From positions 1 to 42,637 of IMG/VR virus record IMGVR_UViG_3300033076_000526: a DNA stretch of 42,637 bases; one strand, written 5' to 3'. Source of the stretch: a virus (lineage: Duplodnaviria; Caudoviricetes). A program made the translations under genes and the position numbers. Each line of letters begins with the position of its first letter. The first letter of the stretch is position 1. Shown piece after piece: positions 9,009 to 16,957 of the stretch. The notes beneath the pieces were generated by a model that saw only the letters and a program-made list of their open reading frames with translations, did not search any database and was not told the origin of the DNA.

Positions 9009-9999
9009 TGAACTAGAATTATTTTACAAGAAACCATTTTGGTTTAGCTACAGTAGCATAAATAAGTTATTGTTCTCACCAAGAATGTTTTACAGTCATT
9101 ATGTGCTCAACCAAAGAGAAGACAGTACGGACGCGCACCTGGTAGCAGGGCGTGTCCTACACTGCCTTTTATTTGAGCCTGAGCAATATGATAAGCACTT
9201 TATCAGTATGCCTGGTAAATTTCCTACAGATAGCCAAAGAAAAATTATTGATACTATTTTCAAATACCATTGCACAATTGGAAATGATACACTATCTTTG
9301 GACTTCTACTCTCAAGAAATTCTCACAGAATTACTCACAGCAAATCTATACCAGTCTCTTAAAACAGATGCACAAAGATTAGATAAAGTTCTCACAGAAG
9401 AAAACAAGTCATATTTTAATTTTCTAAAAGAAAGTCTTGATAAGACAGTAGTTGATGCTATTACTCTATTAAATTGTAGAGAATCTGTTATTGAACTAAA
9501 GTCTAATCAAGCAGTAAGAGCCCTTTTACAATTGGATAAAACTCCACAAGATGTACACATTAAAACATTTAGTGAGTACATGATTAGTATTAATCAGGAG
9601 CATTTACCATTTGGTTATAAGGGTATCTTAGATAATGTTGTGATGGATTATGAATCCAAGACATTATTTATTAATGACTTAAAAACAACAGGTAAAGATA
9701 TTGCATCCTTCCCGGAGTCTGTAAGTTATTATAAATATTGGATTCAGGCTGCTATCTATCACAAGCTTGCCTGGACTAATTTTATTAAAGGATTAGATGA
9801 TGCAGCTGACTGGAACATAGTAATTACATTTATTGTAATTGATAAGTACAATCAAGTGTATCCTTACCAGGTGAGTAAAGAAACTTTAGAAATATGGTTA
9901 GCTGACTTTGAAGACATAGAAGATAGAATTAAATATCATTATGTGAACAAAGAGTACAAACTACCATATGAACTAGCTCTAGGTAATGTAACACTTTAA
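8980..9999 (+). CDS. PD-(D/E)XK exonuclease (RecE/DUF3799- or Cas4-like recombination nuclease)
   Basis: FSYSSI, GRVLHCLL, KGILD...INDLKTT, YWIQAAIY. Confidence 0.85.
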   Translation: MSLPTLTGSDELELFYKKPFWFSYSSINKLLFSPRMFYSHYVLNQREDSTDAHLVAGRVLHCLLFEPEQYDKHFISMPGKFPTDSQRKIIDTIFKYHCTIGNDTLSLDFYSQEILTELLTANLYQSLKTDAQRLDKVLTEENKSYFNFLKESLDKTVVDAITLLNCRESVIELKSNQAVRALLQLDKTPQDVHIKTFSEYMISINQEHLPFGYKGILDNVVMDYESKTLFINDLKTTGKDIASFPESVSYYKYWIQAAIYHKLAWTNFIKGLDDAADWNIVITFIVIDKYNQVYPYQVSKETLEIWLADFEDIEDRIKYHYVNKEYKLPYELALGNVTL

Positions 10000-10001
10000 T
10001 T

Positions 10002-10568
10002 ATGGTAATTAATTCAATTTATAGGAAATACTTTCAAAAGTCCAAGATCTTTTTGTATCCGCTCTTGGAAATTAAAAGGGGTGTAAGTGTAGTACCGGAA
10101 GATACTTATGTTGCATGGGAAGACCGTTACACTCCTGAGGATATGAAGCTTATATGTGTTTACAAACATAGAGCTGATAAAGAATATCAAGACTTTGAAC
10201 AGAAGATCTTGATGAGACACAATAGATTATTTGAATATATTAAAGCTGATAAGGACACAAGCATTTTTGTTTTTGATTTTTCTGATAAGAGTGATGATTG
10301 GCAACATTTCTTAGAGGGTAGATATAGTCAACTATCTAGTGAAACTAGAGAAAAAGTTACAAACTTTTTTGAAAAGTATAGTGGTAATTATATCTATATC
10401 TACAGTTATCTTAATCCTAACCTTTGGTTTGAGAGATATGCTGAACTCTTAGATGTTGATAAAAGTGAATTAGAAAAAGTAGGAGAACTATGTAGTAAAC
10501 CAGATTTAGATAAAGAAAAACTAGTTTTTGTTGTCGCAAATTTGGAAAACATAGAAATTCTAGATTAA
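10002..10568 (+). CDS. hypothetical phage protein
   Basis: 188-aa ORF in operon-like packing; no motif recognised. Confidence 0.8.
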   Translation: MVINSIYRKYFQKSKIFLYPLLEIKRGVSVVPEDTYVAWEDRYTPEDMKLICVYKHRADKEYQDFEQKILMRHNRLFEYIKADKDTSIFVFDFSDKSDDWQHFLEGRYSQLSSETREKVTNFFEKYSGNYIYIYSYLNPNLWFERYAELLDVDKSELEKVGELCSKPDLDKEKLVFVVANLENIEILD

Positions 10569-10588
10569 TTTGTATAAAAATAACCAAC

Positions 10589-10930
10589 ATGGAAAAAAAT
10601 ATGATGCTTGTTGCCTCAGAATGGAATGGCAAACCAAGTTTTAGAGCAATGCCAGTGACGGCAGATTGTCCTTATGTAGAATGTATCTTTGACCCAGAAA
10701 GCAAAGTATTTGTAGTAATTTCTAAAACCAAAAGAAATACTTTACAAATGCTTCCTAAGCTTGATGAGTATGGTCAAGCTATTACAGGTACTAAGGGTAT
10801 GAAACAAGAGAGACATAAACTTGAAGTATTTCAAGAGTACTATATCTCTGATGTTGAATCAATTAAAACTTTTGTAAATCTTTTTGCAGTTAATGCAGAT
10901 TTTGATTATCTTAGCTTTGTAAATGCATAA
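10589..10930 (+). CDS. hypothetical phage protein
   Basis: 113-aa ORF with A-rich leader, followed by a terminator. Confidence 0.8.
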   Translation: MEKNMMLVASEWNGKPSFRAMPVTADCPYVECIFDPESKVFVVISKTKRNTLQMLPKLDEYGQAITGTKGMKQERHKLEVFQEYYISDVESIKTFVNLFAVNADFDYLSFVNA

Positions 10931-10954
10931 GCATTTGTTTTAGAGTGTAACAGC

Positions 10955-10984
10955 AAAGGAAGGTAGCAAGAGCTGCCTTTTTTT
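10955..10984 (+). terminator. intrinsic terminator
   Basis: AAGGTAGC-AAGA-GCTGCCTT stem (one G-U pair) running into a T-tract. Confidence 0.75.
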
Positions 10985-11024
10985 GTGGATAAAAGGGGGG
11001 ACAGCTTAACTGAACATACATATT

Positions 11025-11297
11025 ATGGTAACTTATAAAATAAGTAAGAGCTATTATAATCCTGACTGGAATAGACAGCATTGTAACAGTAGGCACAGAT
11101 GTTGGAGTGGGAAAGTTAGAACTGTAAAAGTCTTTACAAATCTTAATTGTAAATGCTGTAAAGGTGGTCACAAAGAAACATTTTATATGTGTGATGATCA
11201 TATAGTAGATCTACCAAAGTATTTACCAAAGACTACTGGCATAGAACTTAGGTGGGATGATATTAATGATCCGGTAACTAATCTATTTGTAAAATGA
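11025..11297 (+). CDS. small Cys/His-rich protein, possible zinc-binding
   Basis: HCNSRHRC, CKCCKGGH, CDDH; ATGA overlap with the polymerase start. Confidence 0.6.
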   Translation: MVTYKISKSYYNPDWNRQHCNSRHRCWSGKVRTVKVFTNLNCKCCKGGHKETFYMCDDHIVDLPKYLPKTTGIELRWDDINDPVTNLFVK

Positions 11298-13192
11298 GGA
11301 CCCACTACGTGATGGATTATGAGACTCTCAGCAACTGTTTTGTTGCAGTCTTTGAAGCAGTAAATTCTGAAGAGCAAAGAATCTTTGTAATACATGAAAG
11401 CCAGAATGATCTACAAGAACTTCTAAAATTTTTAGATACTAATATTGAACAAGATGAATGGCATGTAAGTTTCAACGGTCTTGGATTTGATAGTCAGATT
11501 ACTGAACATATCCTTAGAAATGCTAGTATGCTGGCTTTTATGGATGGTGAAGAGATTGCTGAATTTATCTACAGCAAAGCACAGGATGTAATTGATAGAC
11601 AGAACCGTCAAGAGTTTCTAGAGTTTAGTCCAAGAGATCTGCAGATTAACCAGGTAGATGTATTTAAACTAAATCACTGGGATAATGCAGCTAAGAGAAG
11701 TTCACTCAAATGGATTCAGTATACAATGGATTGGCCTAACATTATTGATATGCCTATTCATCACACTGAGACTATTACAGCTGAACAGATTCCAGAGATT
11801 ATCAGATACTGTATTAATGATGTGAAGTCTACCAAACAGATTATGAAGCTCAGTAAAGAGCAGATTAATCTTAGAAGAACTCTCACTGAAGAATATGGTA
11901 TTAATTTATTTTCTGCATCTGAACCTAGGATTTCTAAGGAGTTGTTTCTACACTTCTTGAGTCAAAAGCTTGAAGTAAAGAAGTGGGATCTTAGGCAAGC
12001 TAGAACTCATAGGGCCCGGATTACAGTAAAGAATATCATTCTACCATATATCAGTTTTAAGACAGCTACATTCCAGAACTTACTTAAGAAGTTTGAGGAA
12101 GTAGTTATTTATCCTGGAGAAACCAAAGGCGGTTTTAAATACTCAGTGCAGTACAAGGGAGTAAAAACTGATTATGGTTTAGGAGGTATTCATGGTGCTA
12201 GGGCTACAAAGGTCTATGAGTCTAATGAGGATATGGTAATAATGACATCTGATGTTACTAGTTTCTATCCTAACTTGGCTATTAGAAACAAGTGGGCACC
12301 GGCACATTTGCCACAGGAAGAATTCTGTGATCTGTATGAGTGGTTCTTTGAAGAAAGAAAGAAGATTCCTAAGAAGGATCCAAAGAACTATGTGTACAAG
12401 ATTATCTTGAACTCAACTTATGGTCTAAGTAATGATGAGAACAGTTTCTTGTATGATCCTGAGTTTACTATGAGGATTACTATTAATGGTCAACTCAGTC
12501 TGTCTATGCTATATGAGATGATCTGTGAAGAGATTCCCAATGCAGTTCCACTAATGCAAAATACAGATGGTCTTGAGACAATGATCCCAAGAGAGTATGT
12601 AGATAAGTATATGGAGATATGCAAAAGATGGGAAGATATAACACAGCTTCAATTAGAGCATGATACCTATAGTAAGATTATCCTAGGCGATGTAAATAAT
12701 TACATTGCTATTACTGAAGATGGTAAGTCTAAATGCAAGGGCAGGTTTGAATATGATAACCTGGCTCTACATAAGAATAAGAGTTTTCTTATTATACCTA
12801 AAGCAATACATGCATATTTTGTAGATGGTATCCAGCCAGAAGATTATCTGGCACAGAATCAAAACATATTTGACTATTGTGGTGGTGTAAAGATAAAAGG
12901 TGATTGGAGCTTCTATCAACATGGAATTATGAATGGAGCACCTTTTATGTATCTCTTACAACATACTGTAAGATATTTTGTATCTAATTCCGGGTCAAAG
13001 ATTATCAAGAGGAATAATACTGACGGGAGAGAAATCCAGGTTGAGGCCGGGAAATGGATGCAAACTATTATGATTGACTATACTGAGAAAGAGTTCTCTG
13101 AGTATGATATCAACTTTAAGTATTATCTAGATAATATTTATAAAGAGATCAGATCTCTAGAACCTGTTGTTACACAATTAAAATTATTTTAA
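11294..13192 (+). CDS. polB: family B DNA polymerase with 3'-5' exonuclease (crAss-like type)
   Basis: Exo I MDYET, Exo II FNGLGFD, Exo III YCIND; motif A SDVTSFYP, motif B KIILNSTYG, motif C variant QNTDG; C-terminal QLKLF. Confidence 0.95.
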   Translation: MRTHYVMDYETLSNCFVAVFEAVNSEEQRIFVIHESQNDLQELLKFLDTNIEQDEWHVSFNGLGFDSQITEHILRNASMLAFMDGEEIAEFIYSKAQDVIDRQNRQEFLEFSPRDLQINQVDVFKLNHWDNAAKRSSLKWIQYTMDWPNIIDMPIHHTETITAEQIPEIIRYCINDVKSTKQIMKLSKEQINLRRTLTEEYGINLFSASEPRISKELFLHFLSQKLEVKKWDLRQARTHRARITVKNIILPYISFKTATFQNLLKKFEEVVIYPGETKGGFKYSVQYKGVKTDYGLGGIHGARATKVYESNEDMVIMTSDVTSFYPNLAIRNKWAPAHLPQEEFCDLYEWFFEERKKIPKKDPKNYVYKIILNSTYGLSNDENSFLYDPEFTMRITINGQLSLSMLYEMICEEIPNAVPLMQNTDGLETMIPREYVDKYMEICKRWEDITQLQLEHDTYSKIILGDVNNYIAITEDGKSKCKGRFEYDNLALHKNKSFLIIPKAIHAYFVDGIQPEDYLAQNQNIFDYCGGVKIKGDWSFYQHGIMNGAPFMYLLQHTVRYFVSNSGSKIIKRNNTDGREIQVEAGKWMQTIMIDYTEKEFSEYDINFKYYLDNIYKEIRSLEPVVTQLKLF

Positions 13193-13194
13193 AA

Positions 13195-14412
13195 ATGCCA
13201 AAGAAAATTAAAGAGTGCACTAAAGCACAATTGATTGCTGTTGAATTACCAACTCATGGAGATAGCTACACTGTTATTAGCCATGAGTCTGTAATTAATT
13301 ATGTATATACAGAGCTTGCAGCTGCAGGCTTTGGAGTTGTATCTGAAACATTCAGAGCAACTGCAGATGGACAAATTGCACATGGTGTTCATGTACTGCA
13401 ATATCAATCTGATCCTGAGTTATCTATGATGTTTGCATGGACTAATAGCTACAACAAACAAGTAAGGTTTAAGTGTGGTGTTGGTGCATATGTGAACCAC
13501 GCGGGGACCTTCATGGTACACGGTGACATGGGTAGCTGGGCCAGAAAACATACTGGTACTGCAGATGAAGAGACTGTTGAAACTATCAAAGGTCAAATCA
13601 AAGATGCACAAATGTATTATGATCAGTTAAAAGCTGATAAAGATGCAATGAAAGAAATCAAGATGAATAAGAGAAAACAAGCTCAGCTTCTTGGTATCTT
13701 GTTTGCAGAATATCAGATCTTAACTACTGAACAAGCAAGTATGGTTAGATCAGAAATGATTAAACCAACACATGTGTTTGAAGACTCAAGTAGTTTGTGG
13801 GCTTTCTATAATTATGTAACTACGGCACTACAGTCTTCACATCCTAAGACTTGGATGGAAGATCAACGTGTCTTACATTATTTTATTTCAAGTGTTAATA
13901 ACTTTGCGCAACAGGTGCCTGCACCTCAAGTTACACCACAAGTTGAAGCTGAGGTAGATCCATTAACTACAAATTATGGTCAACCAGAAAATCAACTCAA
14001 TATTTTGACTGAAATTCAGAAAACTGAAGCTGAGGAGACTTCATTAGAATTAGAAGCTAAGGAACATTTAGATGTTAATAAGCAACATTTAGACATTGAA
14101 GCTTCTAATTTAGATGGACTAGTTAATGAATCTATAGAAGAAACAATAATGTATACTGATCCTGTTGGCAATACTTTTGAAGTTCCTGTAGTACCACCAT
14201 GTGCTGCACATGATCTTGAACCTGAAGATGAAGAAGTTGAAGAATTTCAGATTGATGAAAATCAAGAATGGACAGGAGAAAAGGCCCATAGTGCTTCTTT
14301 AGAACCTACTCCAGAAGATCATATGCAATTTGAAAAAGAACAATTAGAAACTGAAGATGATTTTGTATTTGATTTCTCAGATGATGAGGATGATGACGCA
14401 GCATTCTTCTAA
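13195..14412 (+). CDS. DUF932-like phage protein with long acidic, probably disordered C-terminus
   Basis: SYTVISH, NSYNK, ARKHTG, SLWAFYNYVT resemble the DUF932 pattern; last ~165 aa are Glu/Asp/Pro-rich and end DDDAAFF. Confidence 0.6.
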   Translation: MPKKIKECTKAQLIAVELPTHGDSYTVISHESVINYVYTELAAAGFGVVSETFRATADGQIAHGVHVLQYQSDPELSMMFAWTNSYNKQVRFKCGVGAYVNHAGTFMVHGDMGSWARKHTGTADEETVETIKGQIKDAQMYYDQLKADKDAMKEIKMNKRKQAQLLGILFAEYQILTTEQASMVRSEMIKPTHVFEDSSSLWAFYNYVTTALQSSHPKTWMEDQRVLHYFISSVNNFAQQVPAPQVTPQVEAEVDPLTTNYGQPENQLNILTEIQKTEAEETSLELEAKEHLDVNKQHLDIEASNLDGLVNESIEETIMYTDPVGNTFEVPVVPPCAAHDLEPEDEEVEEFQIDENQEWTGEKAHSASLEPTPEDHMQFEKEQLETEDDFVFDFSDDEDDDAAFF

Positions 14413-14442
14413 GATCCTATAAAAGGGTAAACAATAATACAC

Positions 14443-14482
14443 AAAAGAGAGGGGGTGGTTTTTTATTCACCCCCTTTTTTTT
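14443..14482 (+). terminator. intrinsic terminator, possibly bidirectional
   Basis: AGGGGGTG-GTTTTTTATT-CACCCCCT stem flanked by an A-rich 5' side and a T8 run. Confidence 0.8.
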
Positions 14483-14489
14483 AACTTTG
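14482..14489 (+). promoter_or_regulatory. Bacteroidota-type -7 promoter element, probably leaderless transcript
   Basis: TAACTTTG matches TAnnTTTG; lies right after a terminator and 3 nt before ATG 14493. Confidence 0.6.
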
Positions 14490-14492
14490 TTT

Positions 14493-14666
14493 ATGGCAAC
14501 TCTACAAGAACAAATAGAAGAATTAAAAGCAAAGCTGTCTGGTGACATGTTCCAGGACTTAGAGCTTATGCAACAGATTTATGAACTTAAAAAACAATTA
14601 AATCCTGAGATTGAAACTAACCCAGAGTTAGATGATGATGAGGGATGTTTATACTGCGGAAGTTAA
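14493..14666 (+). CDS. 57-aa microprotein with C-terminal acidic CxxC tail (not in ORF track)
   Basis: MATLQEQIEELKAKLSGDMFQDLELMQQIYELKKQLNPEIETNPELDDDEGCLYCGS; promoter box upstream; stop lies 1 nt before the next ATG. Confidence 0.8.
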   Translation: MATLQEQIEELKAKLSGDMFQDLELMQQIYELKKQLNPEIETNPELDDDEGCLYCGS

Positions 14667-14667
14667 T

Positions 14668-15063
14668 ATGAAAGAACAATTAAAAGCTGTGGAGACATTC
14701 CACAATGCATTTGGACAAGAGAATGGTAAATATCCTAGACCATTAGATGAGCATGAGTTTAATCTCAGACACTCTCTTATGAAAGAAGAGAATGATGAGT
14801 ATCTAGAAGCATGTTATAAGAATTCACTAGTAGAGATAGCTGATGCACTTGGTGATCAGTTGTATATTCTATGTGGTACAATTCTTAAGCATGGCATGCA
14901 ACATATTATAGAAGATGTATTTGATGAAATACAAGCAAGTAATATGAGTAAACTAGGAGAAGATGGTAAACCAATTCTCCGTGAAGATGGTAAAATTTTG
15001 AAAGGAAATTCATATTTCCGACCTAATTTAGAGCCAATAGTAAATAAAGAACAAGAAAAGTAG
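14668..15063 (+). CDS. all-alpha NTP pyrophosphohydrolase (MazG/PRA-PH-like, dUTPase-like)
   Basis: VETFHNAF, EENDEY...EIADALGDQLY metal-binding motif, SNMSK, REDGKILKG. Start revised from 14632 to ATG 14668 because the upstream microprotein occupies that space. Confidence 0.88.
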   Translation: MKEQLKAVETFHNAFGQENGKYPRPLDEHEFNLRHSLMKEENDEYLEACYKNSLVEIADALGDQLYILCGTILKHGMQHIIEDVFDEIQASNMSKLGEDGKPILREDGKILKGNSYFRPNLEPIVNKEQEK

Positions 15064-15696
15064 TTAATTGGGAGAAGAATTTCTTTTTTTCTCCCAATAT
15101 AATTTTCTTGCTAAAGACATTTTTTGTTTAGCTATTTCAGAATGATTTTTACCTTCAAAAGATGGAGGATTTGTAAATAATTCTGGGTTTTGTTTTCTAG
15201 TTATTTGATTAGAAAGTTTATTTTTATTTTTAGATTCTTCTGACCAGGTATTACCATAGTTCCAATGTTTTGAGCCAGATCTATTTTTAGACATAATAAG
15301 TTTATGTTCTTCAGTAAATTTAGGTTTACCTTTATTAGAGTTACTAATTTTTTTCTTAGTTTCCTCAGATACTATAGCTCCTTTTCTAGGGTGTATATCA
15401 TATCTAATTGCTTTAGAAATACATTTATTTAACCAAATATCAGAAGATTTTAAAACTCTGAGTCTTCTCAAAACAGTTTCCTCCCAGGCAATTGCCTCTT
15501 GTTTTGTAGTAAAAACTTTTCTTACTTCAAATAAAAATGCCTCTTTGCCGTATTGATTAATAAGGTTTTTAATAACTTTACTTGAAGTAAAATATTTAAC
15601 CCACAAATCTTCAGATGGTGGAACTTTATTTCCCCATCTTACACCATAATAGAACTTATTATTTATGGTACATTTAATTAAGTAAGTATAACACAT
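15064..15696 (-). CDS. GIY-YIG homing endonuclease with NUMOD3-like repeats (Seg-like)
   Basis: YTYLI...YYGVR, YFTSS, FEVRK, WEE, WLN; tail repeats VSEETKKKIS, FTEEHKLIMS, WSEESKNKNK, GKNHSEIAKQKMS; only - strand gene in the + block. Confidence 0.9.
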   Translation of the reverse strand: MCYTYLIKCTINNKFYYGVRWGNKVPPSEDLWVKYFTSSKVIKNLINQYGKEAFLFEVRKVFTTKQEAIAWEETVLRRLRVLKSSDIWLNKCISKAIRYDIHPRKGAIVSEETKKKISNSNKGKPKFTEEHKLIMSKNRSGSKHWNYGNTWSEESKNKNKLSNQITRKQNPELFTNPPSFEGKNHSEIAKQKMSLARKLYWEKKRNSSPN

Positions 15697-15700
15697 GATA

Positions 15701-15708
15701 CAAATATA
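15701..15708 (-). promoter_or_regulatory. Bacteroidota-type -7 promoter element of the homing endonuclease
   Basis: Minus strand reads TATATTTG-TATC-ATG: TAnnTTTG 4 nt upstream of the start codon. Confidence 0.65.
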
Positions 15709-15722
15709 TGAAAAATTCTTAT

Positions 15723-15785
15723 AAAATTTTAAAAGGACCTGGTTATTTTAGACCAGATCTTAGTAAATTTATAGAAATCAAGTAG
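15723..15785 (+). pseudogene. orphaned second copy (probably the original) of the NTP pyrophosphatase 3' end
   Basis: Translates KILKGPGYFRPDLSKFIEIK*, homologous to KILKGNSYFRPNLEPIVNKEQEK*; no start codon; stop 2 nt before the next ATG. Confidence 0.85.
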
Positions 15786-15787
15786 TT

Positions 15788-16405
15788 ATGTTTAACATTA
15801 ATCCAAACCAAAGCAAAAGATTCTTTGTAGTAGATGACTTCTATGAAGATCCTATGGCTGTAAGACAGCATGCATTATCTCAAGTATACTTTCCAGGGGA
15901 AGGAGCTGTAGGTGAAAGGACCCGTCAGCAATTTTTATTTGAAGGTCTTAAGGAAAGATTTGAAGAAATCATGCAGATCAAGATTGCAGACCACACTGAT
16001 GATGGTTTTGGTTGGTATGATGTAGGCATTAATGGTAGATATCAGTCCTGTATAGCAGGAGTACCACAAGTATTCCATTGTGATGCTCAACAATGGGCTG
16101 CTGTTATATTTCTAACACCGGATGCACCACCTCAGTCAGGAACTAGTTTCTATAGAAACAAAAGTTCTAAAGTATTTCATAACTCACAAATTGATTGGTC
16201 AGTAGGAGAAAACGGTAATGCCTTTTCTAAAGAAACATTTCTAGATCCAACTCCATTTGAAAGACAAGACACTGTAGGTAATGTGTTTAATAGGTTGGTC
16301 ATTTTTGATGGTGGTTTAATCCACTCAGGTAATGATTATTTTGGTTACAACAGAGAGACAGGAAGACTGTTTCAAATATTCTTTTTTAACGAATGCAATT
16401 CTTAA
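15788..16405 (+). CDS. 2OG-Fe(II) oxygenase superfamily protein
   Basis: VVDDFYEDP, FHCD (HxD), WAAVIFLTP, SGTSFY, NVFNRLVIFD, distal His (LIHS), RLFQIFF. Confidence 0.8.
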   Translation: MFNINPNQSKRFFVVDDFYEDPMAVRQHALSQVYFPGEGAVGERTRQQFLFEGLKERFEEIMQIKIADHTDDGFGWYDVGINGRYQSCIAGVPQVFHCDAQQWAAVIFLTPDAPPQSGTSFYRNKSSKVFHNSQIDWSVGENGNAFSKETFLDPTPFERQDTVGNVFNRLVIFDGGLIHSGNDYFGYNRETGRLFQIFFFNECNS

Positions 16406-16821
16406 ATTCTCACCCAATTAAAAAGTCAGATCTTGGCTTTCATGGTAATCTCTTTGGAGGCAAACTTCTAGCATGGATTGATGCAGCTGCTGCTGGATTT
16501 GCTATGCAATTATGTGATACTCCAAGAATGGTTACTGTAAGTATTGATAAATGTAACTTTGAAAAACCTGCAAGGGAAAGTCAGTTACTTAAAATATATG
16601 GTAAACCTAGTAAGGTAGGCAATACATCAGTTACTCTATACATGGAAGCTAGAGCTCATAATGTATATACCGGTGTCCAGACAATAGTATTAAAGACAAA
16701 CATAACCTTTGTACACATTGATGAAGAAGGAAATCCTATTCCTATAGGGGAAAAAGGTAGAAGAAGAATCACAAATTTAATAGAAGATGAGTCCACAACT
16801 GTTCAAGAAATTAATGATTGA
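16393..16821 (+). CDS. acyl-CoA thioesterase, hotdog fold (YciA-like)
   Basis: DLGFHGNLFGGKLLAWIDAAA, VTVSID..F.KP, VGNTS, TFVHIDEEGNPIPI. Confidence 0.9.
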   Translation: MQFLNSHPIKKSDLGFHGNLFGGKLLAWIDAAAAGFAMQLCDTPRMVTVSIDKCNFEKPARESQLLKIYGKPSKVGNTSVTLYMEARAHNVYTGVQTIVLKTNITFVHIDEEGNPIPIGEKGRRRITNLIEDESTTVQEIND

Positions 16822-16957
16822 TGCTTACTTAGCAGGTGCTGAAAGTATGATCTGTGGTTGTTTACCAATGCAGACTAAAGCAGAAGCTAGAGAATGGTTT
16901 GAAGAAAACCACCAACTATTTGAAGAATCAGATAAAAAAGAAGATGGAGACTCTTAA
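16787..16957 (+). CDS. small hypothetical protein, 56 aa (not in ORF track)
   Basis: MSPQLFKKLMIDAYLAGAESMICGCLPMQTKAEAREWFEENHQLFEESDKKEDGDS; bridges thioesterase and zinc-finger ORFs; start could be ATG 16814. Confidence 0.5.
   Translation: MSPQLFKKLMIDAYLAGAESMICGCLPMQTKAEAREWFEENHQLFEESDKKEDGDS

Larger units (their letters stand above)
14991..15737. mobile_element. free-standing homing endonuclease cassette inserted in the 3' end of the NTP pyrophosphatase gene
   Basis: Direct repeat TAAAATTTTGAAAGGA (14991-15006) / TAAAATTTTAAAAGGA (15722-15737), 731 bp apart, flanking an antisense GIY-YIG ORF; both copies continue as homologous coding tails. Confidence 0.8.

Noticed and set aside
8980-9999. 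CRISPR-associated Cas4
   Set aside because: No four-Cys Fe-S pattern, no cas genes or array; context fits a recombination exonuclease.
10541-10572. Promoter TTTG-N20-TTAATTTG upstream of ORF 10589
   Set aside because: Spacing is plausible but the -7 box mismatches TAnnTTTG; too weak to call in AT-rich DNA.
14632-14667. Track start of the NTP pyrophosphatase (MMMRDVYTAEVN)
   Set aside because: Overlaps the 57-aa ORF in another frame; ATG 14668 follows its stop by 1 nt and starts the recognisable domain.
14991-15737. Group I intron carrying the GIY-YIG gene
   Set aside because: The ORF is antisense, there is almost no non-coding space for a ribozyme core, no terminal G precedes the putative 3' exon, and the upstream gene already has a complete tail.
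16854-16943. Track N-terminal extension of the zinc-finger ORF
   Set aside because: Better explained by ORF 16787-16957 in another frame plus ATG 16944.
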